From Octopus vulgaris (lineage: Eukaryota), in the NCBI GenBank assembly GCA_951406725.2, contig OX597824.1:79236001-79300000 (forward strand): a DNA stretch of 64,000 bases, given 5' to 3'. The notes below the pieces were generated by a model. That model did not search any database and was not told the DNA's origin. It worked only from the letters and a program-made list of their open reading frames with translations. This document shows, one piece after another, positions 10,951 through 22,646 of this stretch (within the stretch, counting starts at the first letter, position 1; every line of letters starts with the position of its first letter). The position numbers and the translations under genes were made by a program.

Positions 10951-11463
10951 AATCCGTGCTGCATCTCATTTCAGCACACGATCTCAGATCAAATCACTTG
11001 CTATGCAAGTACATCTCTGTAATTTGTATATGTTATATTATTAAATTAAAGAGCAAGAATACACATCAAAAGTAAATAATATAAAAACTGTATGACACTT
11101 GTTATACAAGTGATTTAATTTGAAAACATTGTGTTCAAAGTAAATGAATTGTATCATGGGAGAGTCAATGTGACCATTACAAACATATGTATAAATAAAA
11201 TAAATGTCAGGCCTTTTGCCTATAATAGAAATTATTATTATTAGTATTATCATTATTATTAAGGCAATGAGTTGGCAGATTCGTTAACACACTGGCTGAA
11301 ATGCTTAGCAGTATTCTGCCCATCTGAGTTCAAATTCCTCCAAGGTCAACTTTGCCTTTCATCCTTTTATTATTATTGGTATTTATTATTATTATTATCA
11401 TTATTATAGTAAGTGGAATGGTATAAAAGAGTATAAAGTGGCCCAGACTCAATAAAAGTCTTA

Positions 11464-11494
<31 letters not shown>

Positions 11495-11496
<2 letters not shown>

Positions 11497-11790
11497 GAGG
11501 CGCAATGGCCCAGTGGTCAGGGCAGCAAACTCACGGTCGTAGGATTGCAGTTTCAATTCCCAGACCGGGCGTTGTGAGTGTTTATTGAGCGAAAACACCT
11601 AAAAGCTCCACGAGGCTCCGGCAGGGTGTGGTGATCCCTGCTGTACTCATATACACCACTCTTTCTCCCACTCTTTCTTCTGTTGGCCTGCTCGCTTAGC
11701 CAGCGGAGTGGTGTCATTCGAAGGCTAAAACAATGCGAACGCATTGTGACCAGCGATGTGTAACAACATCTGATGGTCTGGTCGGTCACA
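11495..11790 (+). mobile_element. SINE family C (tRNA-derived)
   Basis: Head GGAGGCGCAATGGCCCAGTGG..GTTTCAATTCCC with A/B boxes; relatives at about 4645-4740 (+), 28361-28748 (-), 29640-29837 (-) and 44950-45226 (-). Confidence 0.8.
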
Positions 11791-11867
11791 TGATATATAT
11801 ATATATATATAAGACTTTAAGCTGTAAGTTCTACAAGTGTATAAAGTTACATGGTGTTAATTCTTAC

Positions 11868-11948
11868 CTCAATACCACTCTTCAGGTCCATTGCAGTTGA
11901 TTCTAACATCATGTATGCAACATTTTGAAGTTCTGACCCAATGGCTTC
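11868..11948 (-). CDS. Exon 27 (EAIGSELQNVAYMMLESTAMDLKSGIE)
   Basis: tcatcAG / GTAAGA, 81 nt, phase 0/0. Confidence 0.88.
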
Positions 11949-13087
11949 CTGATGAGAGAAAAATGAAAGAAAAAAAAAGGAGGTTTTAAAATCACAATTT
12001 AAATATTAATATTGCTTGGCTATGCATGAATATGAACAGTGTTACATAAATAATGCAGTATTCAAGCCTTTAGCAATCACATAACTCTGTCAAAAGTAAA
12101 GCTTTTTTATTCACATCCGTTCGTGGCCGTTTGCCAGCTCCGTCTGGCACGTAAAAAGCACCCACTACACTCGCGGAGTGGTTGGCGTTAGGAAGGGCAT
12201 CCAGCCGTAGAAACAATGCCAGATCAGACTGGGCCTGATGCAGCCTTCTGGCTTCACAGACCCCAGTTGAACCGTCCAACCCATGCTAGCATGGAAAATG
12301 ATCATGATGAATGATGATGATGATGATTGGTTTGAATTCATCATGCATTATTTTGTAACTGTGAAGCTGGCAGAAATGTTAGTATGTCGGGCGAAATGCT
12401 CAACGGCATTTCATCTGTCTTTACATTCTGAGATCAAATTCCACCGAGGTCGACTTTGCCTTTTATCCTTTCAGGGTCGATAAATTTAAGTACCAGTTGT
12501 ATACTGGGGTTGATCTAATCGACTGCCCCACTCCCCAAAAATTCTGTACCTTGTGCCTAGAGTAGAAAAGAATATCTTCTCTAATTAAGGCAGCGAGCTG
12601 GCAGAAACGTTAGCATGTCGGTCAAAATGCTGATGCATTAAATGGTTAAAATAAGGAGGCTTCAAGAAAGTAAACATTCAAAGAATATATTTTGAATTAC
12701 AGGCTATAGCGAACCAGCAGGTAAATGAACCCTGGTAAAGTATTTATTCCTAAAATATTGTTTTAAAACATTACTTATAACAAATAAGTACTATATAATA
12801 TGATTTTTGTAATAGAGGTTGGGGTGCATTTTTGCGGCTTGCTCTAGGCACGGTTTACTCTAGCTACGCCACTGTATATATTACTATATCAGTCATTCAA
12901 CAAGCTAGAAATAGCAGCCACAATTCCTACAAATCACACTCTGCTGTCTTAAAATAAATGTAATGTAGCTGAAGAAAGACAGAATGGTCACAGCTAGAAT
13001 CCTGTTCAATCAAAGGTTTACTTGATCAGGTCCGACCTGGGGTTAAACAGTAACTGATGAAAAGATCCATAAATATTTGAGACATAC

Positions 13088-13262
13088 CTGGAAAATAGAG
13101 TGTTCATGTTTCTGGGGCCTCTTGGCCATGTTTCTGATGGGTTGCCACTTCCAAATCGGCTTACGTTTCTTGTCGGCTTCATAAATCATATTCTTGGGAA
13201 CAGGTGGAATTATCACATTGTCTTTGACATTTGCTCCCATTTGCAAGAGGATGAGTGCACAA
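13088..13262 (-). CDS. Exon 26 (CALILLQMGANVKDNVIIPP...PIWKWQPIRNMAKRPQKHEHSIFQ)
   Basis: cttctAG / GTATGT, 175 nt, phase 2/0. Confidence 0.92.
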
Positions 13263-13439
13263 CTAGAAGGAGTTTAAACGAGAGCTTTCATCAATTCAAA
13301 CAACAACAACAGAATAACAAAACAACATTACAAAAATAAAAGGCAATATAAACAACCTTATTGTTGCTATCAATATAAACATGTCAGGCACAAAGCATTC
13401 CGTGAGAATGTTTTTTTTTATGATGAGGATATTATTATT

Positions 13440-13470
<31 letters not shown>

Positions 13471-13937
13471 CAATAAAGGTGAAGAGGCAGGATTGGTTGT
13501 ACACTGGGAAAAATGCTTAGCAGCATTTTCGGCCGTCTTTATGTTTTGAGTTCAAATTCTGCCACGGTTGACTTTGTCTTTCAGCCTTTCAGAGTCGATA
13601 AACTAAGTACCAGTGATTGTTACCAGTGTTGCCTCACTGGCTCCTGTACCAACCAGTAGAACGTAAAAGGCATCATTCAAGCATGGTCGGTGCCAGTACC
13701 GCCTGACTGGCCCTGATGCCGGTGGCACGTAAAAAGTACCCACTGCACTCTCGGAGTGGTTGGCATTAGGAAGGGCATCCAGCTGTAGAAACCTTGCCAA
13801 ATCAGATTAGAGCCTGGTACAGCCTTCTGGCTTGCTAGTTCTCAGTCAAACCTTCCAACCCATGCCAGCATGGAAGGCGGACGTTAAACGATGATGATGA
13901 TTATATCATCATCATAATTTAACTATATATATATAAC

Positions 13938-13977
<40 letters not shown>

Positions 13978-14043
13978 TATACATACGCGGACGTTAAACG
14001 ATGATGATGATTATATCATCATCAAAATTTAACTATATATATA

Positions 14044-14093
<50 letters not shown>

Positions 14094-14335
14094 TATACAT
14101 ACATATATATGCATGCATTACACATACAGAACAGGCTTCATTCAGTTTCCAGCTACCAAATTCATTCACATGCCTTTGGTTGACCTAGGGCTATAGTAGA
14201 AGATACCATGCAACCATGCCAGCACTTGCATATATTATTTTGAAATTACAATGGTTTTAATTGAGAGATACAGCTAATAATGTTGCTCTACAAAGAACTA
14301 TCAACGAAGACAGTTCACACATGAAAGGTACCAAC

Positions 14336-14412
14336 CTGTCATGATGATGACGGACTGCGTAAGCAAGTGGTGTGTTTCCAGAATTGTCCTTCCGATTAAT
14401 ATCAGCATGTAA
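14336..14412 (-). CDS. Exon 25 (LHADINRKDNSGNTPLAYAVRHHHD)
   Basis: ttccAG / GTTGGT, 77 nt, phase 0/2. Confidence 0.93.
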
Positions 14413-15469
14413 CTGGAAAAAAGGGTACAAGAATAGTATTTTAGAAGTGAAAGTCACAACTGAAATATAAAGACAAAAACATCACAACTGAGATAGGAAA
14501 TCAAAAAAAAAAAGCTGAAATCCCACAGCTCCATAAACAACATAGTTTTATCACAATGAAAAAAAAAAATTTCACTTCTCTGGCAAGGGTAGAATTTATC
14601 AAATACAAATTGTAAGTAAAAACCAGTCTGAAATAGTTGGTTCTCCAAAAATGAAAGGAGGTAATGGTTTATATTACTTTACAAAAAGTTTATAAATTCC
14701 ACCTTACAACAGAAACAGGATTATAAGCTGGGAGTTTCACAGAAGTTGAGGGTTTTAGATAAAATGTTAACAAACCAGAAAATAATATATTATAGGAAAA
14801 TCAGTCCAAGATTAAATATACAAAACTCAATCCCGCCAAACTTTTAAACCTTCCCTACTTATAACATATATCTAAGTCCTTAATGTGTTTAACAATTATT
14901 GAACAATATTGTATGCAAATTTTCCAATGATTAACCTCATTTCTAGAGATAAAAATGTTCTATGAAAAGAAATAAATTCCTAAAAATAATAAGTACCCAG
15001 CACACTCTGTAAAGTGGTTGGCATTAGGAAGGGCATCCAACTTTAGAAATCAAGCCAAGCCTAACTATGGGGTCTGGTGCAACCCATGGCCTTGCCAGTT
15101 CTTGTCAAGCTGCCCAACCCATGCTAGCATGGAAAATGGATGTTAGATGATAATGAATATTCCAATAATATGCACCAAACAGCTCAGTAAGAGGCAAAGC
15201 AAAAACTAAAAAATTTTTCTCTAATAAAAAGCAGCATTATAAAATGAATTTTAGATTTCAATAACAAGTGAGGGCATGGTTTCACAACCATGTTTCATGT
15301 TTGATTCCATTGCATGGCACTTTTTGCAAATGCCTTCTACTGTAGCTTTAGAGTATCTGATGCCTCATAACAGAAATCTGGTAGATGGAAACTGTACAAA
15401 AATTTGTTGTGTGTACATATATTTTATATATATATAAAATATATGTACACACAACAAAATTTGTTGTGT

Positions 15470-15680
15470 TCGGCATGATAGATCGCTAGCCAGTACACAT
15501 TCTTTATTTTCTTTCCTTGTTTCTCTCAGTGTACCTTTCTGCAGAAGAGCGTAGGCGCGAAACATTAAAGACTCTTTCACTTCCCGGCCATTATACTAAT
15601 ACATCTGTTTGTAGTCTACACCACCTGTCTTCATCTTTTGTTTTTTTGTGAATTCTCCCCCATATATATATATATATTCA
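15470..15680 (+). mobile_element. (TA)n-associated repeat carrying a hammerhead-like motif, probably Penelope-derived
   Basis: CTTT-CTGCAGA-A-GAGCgtagGCGC-GAAAC-ATT-AAAG at 15535-15570; same family as 20716-20960. Confidence 0.55.
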
Positions 15681-16288
15681 TATTGACACTGCTTAGGCAA
15701 CAGTAACATTTTATGATTTATATCCCTCATAGATAATATATCTAGGAACCCAGAGGTTAAGGCCAACAGAATAAAATGTACCCTATTTGAAAACAAGAAT
15801 GCACCAGCAGCAGTTACAGAATACAGCCCCAAGGCAGCTTATCAAATACCAGCATGGTAAAAATGGACATCTGAACGTGGAAGAGAACCATCCGAACTTG
15901 GCCGTTGCCAGCGCCACCCCGACAGGTCTCCGTGTCGGTGGCACGTAAAAAAGCAACATCCGATCGTGGCCGTCTGCCAGCCTCGTTTGGCACCTGTGCC
16001 GGTGGCACGTAAAAAGCACCCACTACACTCACGGAGTGGTTGGTGTTAGGAAGGGCATCCAGCTGTAGAAACACTGCCAGATCAGACTAGGCCTGGTGCA
16101 GCCTTCTGGCTTCCCAGACCCCAGTTGAACCGTCCAACCCATGCTAGCATGGAAAGCAGACATTAAACGATGATGATGACAAAATGTTACAAATTATAAA
16201 AGATTCTTCAGAAGTGATAATTTACTCAAAATATCTTTTACGAAAATACTGAAAAAAAAAAAATAAATAAAAAGGTTAAAAATAGTAC

Positions 16289-16445
16289 CTTGACTAAATG
16301 TCGACAACAAATGGTTGCTCCTCGGCATGCGGCACGATGGAGTGGTGTCTGGCCAAAAAAATCAGTAAGATCAATTTGAGAATATCTCATAGCTGAAGTC
16401 AACAACTGGACAAGTTCAATTGGTTCTGCTGTGGTGTACACTGGT
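16289..16445 (-). CDS. Exon 24 (PVYTTAEPIELVQLLTSAMRYSQIDLTDFFGQTPLHRAACRGATICCRHLVK)
   Basis: tcacAG / GTACTA, 157 nt, phase 2/0. Confidence 0.95.
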
Positions 16446-16685
16446 CTGTGAAAAATGAAGTAAAATATATAAATTAGCAATTATGCTCGATTAGTAATGG
16501 CAAAAACAAACTTCAGAGAACTCTAACAATATGATTATGTTAAAATTGCTCCATGACATTTCCCATGTGGTATATCCTCTAAGGCCCTCTTCAGTCACGG
16601 ATGACTAGGAAAGCTATTCTATGAGGTATATGTCTGGGCAAGATATTTTGTAGGAGACTAAGACTTGCTCATGCATGCAAATTTC

Positions 16686-17105
16686 GGATCTTTTTGGTTT
16701 GAACGGCAGTTTTTTAAAATAATTTCCACGTAACTAAACACTTTTAAACTTCGTATACTGGTAGAATGTGTTTATAAAACATCCTTTTCTCTTGGCTTTA
16801 TTGAGAAAATTCTATAGTTTGTAAGATATTTGTTGTTTTTTTCCTTCAATTTCTACAATTTCAACCAATCAATGACGTCTATAGAGGTGAAAAAATTTTT
16901 CTGCGCCGTATGAATATGTCCCTTGTTTAAGAAACAGATTGGGTTTATTTACATTTCTGAAGAAAAAAAGATACCCTTCCCCCCACCCCTAACCCTAACC
17001 CTAAAACAGATTGAAATGCAATAGATCGATACTAGGGTCATAATTATGGGTGACAATTTCATATGACACCACTAGAAAAAACTGCCGTTCAAACCGAAAA
17101 GATCC
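16686..17105. mobile_element. Merlin-like non-autonomous DNA transposon with internal (CCCTAA)n
   Basis: About 29-bp TIRs GGATCTTTTYGGTTTGAACGGCAGTTTTT and an exact 8-bp TSD CAAATTTC (16678-16685, 17106-17113); GG..CC termini with 8-9 bp TSD fit Merlin. Confidence 0.75.
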
Positions 17106-17792
17106 CAAATTTCTCCTCTTCAGACCACTGACGATGCCCAAGACCAAGAGAAAGACAAAGCCAATACAGTTTGGCACCAGTGTCATCACAGGCATTAATG
17201 AGCTTCGTTACAGTATTCAATTTCAAATACCACACAGAAAAACATTGGTCGGTTTGAAGCAAAAAAACAAACAAACAAACAAACATCCGAACGTGGCCGT
17301 TGCCAGTGCCACCTCGAATGGCCTCTGTGCCGGTGGCACGTAAAAAGCACCAACCGATCGTGGCCGTTGCCAGCCTAACCTGGCACGAAAAAAGCACCCA
17401 CTACACTCATGGAGTGGTTGGCATTAGGGAGGGTATCCAACTGTAGGAACACTGCCAGATCAGACTGGAGCCTGGTGCAGCCTCCTGGCTTCCCAGACCC
17501 CGGTCGAACTTTCCAACCCATGCTAGCATGGAAAACGGACATTAAACGATGATGATGATGATGTATATTTTATACACTCAGTCACAACTGACTCAGTAGA
17601 GACAAGTGGTGTGATAAGGAAAATAAACATGAAGGCTCCATGTAACTTTTTTAATTCTACATCCCAATGGGAATTTTATAAAAATTCTATCATTATAAAA
17701 AAAATTAAGGAAATTATTAACAAAAACATAAAATGAACAACAAGCTGAACAAATAAACAATACTGTAACCAACAATGAAAAGGAAAAATTAC

Positions 17793-18027
17793 TTTTCAAT
17801 ATCTCCAAAAGCATAATGCAAGGACAAACGATTCTTTTTGTCTTTAGCAAAAACATCAGCATTATTTTTAATCAGCAATTCTTCAAGGTCAATGTTAGAG
17901 TCTAGCTGGCCCAAGTTGTTTTTCACAGAGCAATGTAGGGGTGTCAAGCCATCGCAATCAACGGCATTCACCTTGGCGCCAGCTTCTTTCAGAATATGTA
18001 CTCTCCTCAATGTATCGGCATCACGAA
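17793..18027 (-). CDS. Exon 23 (RDADTLRRVHILKEAGAKVNAVDCDGLTPLHCSVKNN...NRLSLHYAFGDIE)
   Basis: taacAG / GTAATT, 235 nt, phase 1/2. Confidence 0.95.
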
Positions 18028-18149
18028 CTGTTAAAAAAAAGGAAAGGAAAAAGATATCAAAATATTGCAGCAGTTCGTTAATTAGAAGAATAAACATTGA
18101 TTGGTATGTCATTGAAGAAGTCACAAATGGACTCTGACAAACACAAATA

Positions 18150-18398
18150 AGTTAAGTTAATTTTTTGGCTCAAAAAGCAAAAAGCATAGCCATGAAGGGG
18201 GACATGGAGTTATGTACAGGGAGGGTGTTCATGCAAAGAGTTCAGGCCATTTCTGGTCAAGAGAGACTTTGAACCAAGTGGTCGTCGGCATCTTCACTAT
18301 CTCGTCTGGCAGCTTATTCCACGGATCCGCAACCCGGACAGAGAAAGGCCCTCTCCTTCGAATGAGATGAAATCGTCACAGATAGAGCTTTTCAGAAA
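18150..18398 (-). mobile_element. CR1-type LINE 3' end (second copy)
   Basis: Near-identical to 640-853 but retains a segment of about 21 bp that is deleted there. Confidence 0.8.
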
Positions 18399-18757
18399 TT
18401 TGCCCAAAGTGCCATGCAGTGGGACTAAACTCAAAACCACATGGTTGGGAAGCAAACTTCTTGACCACCCAGCCATGCCTGCATTCAGTATAAAATTTTA
18501 TCTTAAGCAAAAAAAAAAAAAAAAAATCACAGATTATGAACATTAATTTTTGTTAGACCTCTCGGCCCACCATTACTTCACTTCAAGTAGAGTAGTTGGC
18601 AAAGTCTGTTTACTATTAGTGTTCTCTTAATATTACTCAATTCCTTTGTGTAACATTTCAAAGAGGAACACTTAATGGATGAAATTATCATATACTCACC
18701 ACAATGGCAACCCGTATACACATATAATCACATATGAACACTGGTTAGGTTACTTAC

Positions 18758-18867
18758 TTGGGTTTTGTACAGCTAAGTGCAAAGCAGTTTGCTGTCTGGG
18801 GTTATTCCTGTCGTCTATCATGACATGTGCCGATACAAGCATGCGCAGTAAGTCAGGTTTACCGTTT
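18758..18867 (-). CDS. Exon 22 (NGKPDLLRMLVSAHVMIDDRNNPRQQTALHLAVQNP)
   Basis: ctcAG / GTAAGT, 110 nt, phase 2/1. Confidence 0.92.
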
Positions 18868-18935
18868 CTGAGAAAAAAACAAAAAGAACCAAAAACATAA
18901 ATATGTAAAACACATAAAATAATTATATACTATAA

Positions 18936-19270
18936 AGAGGGTAAAGACCCCCTTCGGTCATGAATGACCATGGGATTGCACCTAGAAAGTTACCCTCCTA
19001 GACACAAGTCCGGGCAAGGTTGTTTATGGAAGACCAGCAGTCGCCCATGCATACCAGCCTCCCCTCTCCACGCCACCAGTGTTATCCAAGAGAAAGACAA
19101 AGGTCGATACAGCTTGGCACCAGTGACGTCGCAACTCATTTCTACAGCTGAGTGAACTGGAGCAATGTGAAATAAAGTACCTTGCTCAAGAACACAACAC
19201 GCAGCCCGGTCTGGGATTCAAGCTCACAACCTCACGATCGTAAGCTCGACGCTCTAACCACTGAGCCATG
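18936..19270 (-). mobile_element. SINE family D (tRNA-derived)
   Basis: tRNA-like head (GGCTCAGTGGTTAGAGCG..TGAATCCC on minus) and tail ATGACCGAAGGGGGTCTTTACC; relatives at about 25615-25920 (-), 45274-45592 (+) and 62350-62616. Confidence 0.75.
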
Positions 19271-19523
19271 AGATAATTAACAAAGAGATCCTGTCACAGG
19301 GTATGAATTTACAAATAATAAATCCCATGCTGGGGTCAAATAAAAAGCTTCCATGCCAGGGCCACATAAAAGCACCTATGTTGGTGCCACATAATAAGCA
19401 CCCGACATATTCTGTAAAGTGGTTGGCATTAAGGAAGGGCATCCAACAATAGAAACCAAGCCAAATCAGGTTAGAACCTGGTGCAGCTCTCCTACTTGCC
19501 AGCTCTGATTAAACCATCTAATT

Positions 19524-19863
19524 CAGGGGTTCTCAACTATTTTTTATCAATAGACCCCTTTGATTCCTATTTTATTCTGGTAGACCCACATCGCCATTTG
19601 ATGCTTAAAAACTAGTTTTATAGACATTTCTTTTAAAATTCCTTATTTTACATTTTACATATTAACCCATGTAGGTTGAACTATGTAAAATATTAGAGAA
19701 AGAAACCCAGCTGTTTCCTGCAATACATACATCGAAAGCAAAATATTTTCAGGGCCCCTTAAAATATTATTGTGGATCCCCAATTTACTATTTTGTTGTG
19801 CAAACCCCGCAAAATCTTATTTGGACCCTCAGGGGTCATATGGATCCTGGTTAAGAACGACTG
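19524..19863. mobile_element. hAT (Charlie-like) MITE nested in an RTE-3'UTR repeat
   Basis: CAGGGGTTCTCAAC..GTTAAGAACGACTG termini and degenerate 8-bp flanks atctaatt/gtctaacg; related copy at about 46586-46945 with a tandem-duplicated 3' part. Confidence 0.65.
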
Positions 19864-20591
19864 GTCTAACGCATGCCAACATGGAAAATGGATGTTAAAT
19901 AATGATGATGATGAAATCCGTGGATTTACAAATAAATGAAACCATGACAGTAAGCCGAACCATTTAGCAATAGGAAACATTGGTATCTATTTCTCAGGTC
20001 TGGTAGCTCTATTTTCACCAAAACGCAGAAAGTAATTGCAAAGGCATATGGCCTTGTGGTACAGGGTGTTGTACTCAAGATCTTGCAATCGTGGTTTCAA
20101 TTCTTGGATCAACAGGTGCACCATATTCTTAAACAAAACACTTCATTTCATGTTGCCCCACCCAGCTGCATAAGACTAGCATCCCATTCAGGGGGAATGT
20201 TGTGATCTCTGTCCCTTATATGTCATGGAAACCAAATAACTTGCCTTATGAGTATTCAAGACAGAACTTACTTATCAAGCTAATATATGCTTTAAATCTA
20301 CATACAATATCTTGGAACATAAAATTACCAAAACACTAAATATACAAAAAAAAAATAGTCATTTTTCACAAATGACTGCATCACCAAGCCAGTATTGAAT
20401 CCTACTTTGATCAAAAGTATTTTCAATTTAATGAGTATTTATTTTAAAATATAATTAGCATAATAAATTAAGGATTCATTAGACCAGTTTCGTAGCACTG
20501 GACTATATACCTTTTGACAAAGAGGACAAAACTGAGCTAGACTGTAGAGTTTTTTAGAATGAAATTATTATTACAGAACTTCAGTACTTAC

Positions 20592-20674
20592 TGAGCAATT
20601 AAGACCAAAGGTGTCACTCTTTGGTTCGAGTCCTTTTTCACATATGAACAATTAGGATTTGCATTGGCCAAAAG
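20592..20674 (-). CDS. Exon 21 (LLANANPNCSYVKKDSNQRVTPLVLIA)
   Basis: ttacAG / GTAAGT, 83 nt, phase 0/2. Confidence 0.9.
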
Positions 20675-20715
20675 CTGTAAATAAAATTACATAAAATTGT
20701 ATTAATGTATATGAA

Positions 20716-20913
20716 TATATAACGGGAAGCTTTATGAAAATAAACAAAAGACGAAGGCAGGTGGAGTACAAACAAACAATTGTATTAGTATGGCGCTCAG
20801 GAATATAAATAAAACAAGTCTGTTACGTTTCGAGCCTACGCTCTTCAGCAGAAAGATACACAGAAAAGAAACACAGAGAGAAACAAGAAGAGAAAAAAAG
20901 AGAAAAAAATATA

Positions 20914-20960
<47 letters not shown>
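20716..20960 (-). mobile_element. (TA)n-associated repeat carrying a hammerhead-like motif
   Basis: Minus strand TCTTT-CTGCTGA-A-GAGCgtagGCTC-GAAAC-GTA-ACAGA at 20856-20819. Confidence 0.55.
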
Positions 20961-20967
<7 letters not shown>

Positions 20968-21882
20968 TACACACGAGAAGTACGATTGTCAGTGGTAGTG
21001 GTAATAGTAGTAATAAAACAAAAATGCATAAAGAGAAGTGACCAAATCCCTTTCGAGCCTTTCTAAACTGGGTGAAACTAATGTAGTTAATGTTCAGTTT
21101 CTAAAGAAGGATTTGGGGTTCAGAAGAAAAATGATTTAGTACAGGGTCTAAACAGGGTGATAGGGTGAAATGAGATGATTTAACAGGGTAGTCATAAATA
21201 GGGAATGGCAAGGAGTTAAGATATTCGTAGAAACGAACATCATCATCATTAAACAACCATCTTCCATGCTATCATTGAGAGATGGTTTGACAGGATCTAG
21301 CGAGCAGCAAACTCCATTGAGCTCCAATGTTAGTTGGCATGGTTTCTAAACTAAGCACTTTTAAAATCCCTTCCTGGTTTGGAATACAATCATATGCATT
21401 TTTGATTGTTTTTCTTTTTACATTCTCACAGCAGTGGGAAAAAGAGACAGAGAAAACGTCTTTTTGAATAGGTCCAAAATCTATAGTGTGTGTTTTGGTA
21501 TACATGTCTGTCTATAACTTACATTACTTTAAAATCTGAACCAGAGGGAAACTACAGATGCTTGCTCAACCCGGAACAAACAGTAGCCAAATCTTACTCA
21601 GATGAGAAAGACATAATGGAAAATGTAGTCATCAGCATTTAACCTCAGTTTTCTTTGCAGGCTATGGGTTAGACAGTTTTAACAGGATCCTGCAAGCCAT
21701 AGTGCTGTGTCAAGCTCTAATGTCTGCTTTGGCATGGTTTCAACAACTGGATACCTTTCCTAACACAAACCACTTAACAGCATGAACTGGATGCTTTTTC
21801 ATGTGCTACTAGCACTAATGAAGTCACCAAGTAATTCACAAGACAGGAAAAGAAAACATTTAGTGAAAACATTTTTTCACAC

Positions 21883-22140
21883 TAAGAGTTGCTGAAGCAT
21901 GGAACAGACTGCCGGCACCAGTTGTTAGTTGTCAGAGCATTTCATCCTTCAAAACTTCCATGCTTCTTGAGATTCGCCAACACTACACCTGATTTTCGCC
22001 CCCTCCATACACATGCAAGCATGTATCTGGCTCATACACTGTTCGCTTTCCAGACATTTGTACATTACTGCATATACTTTATACGCACTTTTGACAAGTT
22101 GTGGTGCACCTGAGCATTGTATGCAATAATTTCTTTATCA
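21883..22140 (+). mobile_element. CR1/L2-type LINE 3' end (second family)
   Basis: Encodes RVAEAWNRLPAPVVSCQSISSFKTSMLLEIRQHYT*, followed by 3'UTR. Confidence 0.7.
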
Positions 22141-22446
22141 ATATTATTTTAGAACAAAAAACAAAATAGCAACCTCAACTGGCAGGGGGATAAGAGCAGG
22201 GGGTAGTTTTATGCCAGGTGTTGGGAAGCTATACTACGATAGAGTGACAAGCACAGGTGCCATGGCTACTCTGCATTACAAAAGGGTGGGTCTTTTGCAT
22301 AAAAGAATGGGAGGATCATGGTAGAAATGCCTTCGGTCACAGATCTAGTCAATCAGGGCTCAAATGGTGTAAATCGATAACAACAACAACAACAGCCAAA
22401 GTTTCAGAAGTCATACAACAATAGAGAAAAGAAAATAGAACTGTAC

Positions 22447-22646
22447 CAGCATTTTGACAGCTTCAACACGACCTAATTGAATGGCTTGGATCAATGGGAC
22501 ACAGCCATATTGGTCTGGCATATCAAGTTGTGGTTTTTTGCTCAGGATGAGTTTCAAGCCAGGACAATGGTTTACCATACCATCAGGAGATGGAATAGAT
22601 TTCTCAGTAACAGCAGCAACCATAAAGTGAACGGCACACCATTTAC
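22447..22646 (-). CDS. Exon 20 (KWCAVHFMVAAVTEK...DQYGCVPLIQAIQLGRVEAVKML)
   Basis: cactAG / GTACAG, 200 nt, phase 1/0. Confidence 0.92.

Noticed and set aside
11495-11570. tRNA genes at SINE heads (also about 4645, 19200, 28675)
   Set aside because: A/B boxes are present, but each continues into a repeated SINE body and the cloverleafs are degenerate.
13877-14105. Duplicated GAT-tail plus TA block; similarly the 16-bp repeat at about 23205-23258 and the duplication at about 46740-46960
   Set aside because: Simple slippage or local duplication at repeat ends, possibly assembly stutter, with no functional signal.
18695-18757. Alternative donor GTGAGT at 18699 extending exon 22
   Set aside because: An in-frame TAA follows the 18758 donor, and only the 18758 donor matches the next exon's phase.
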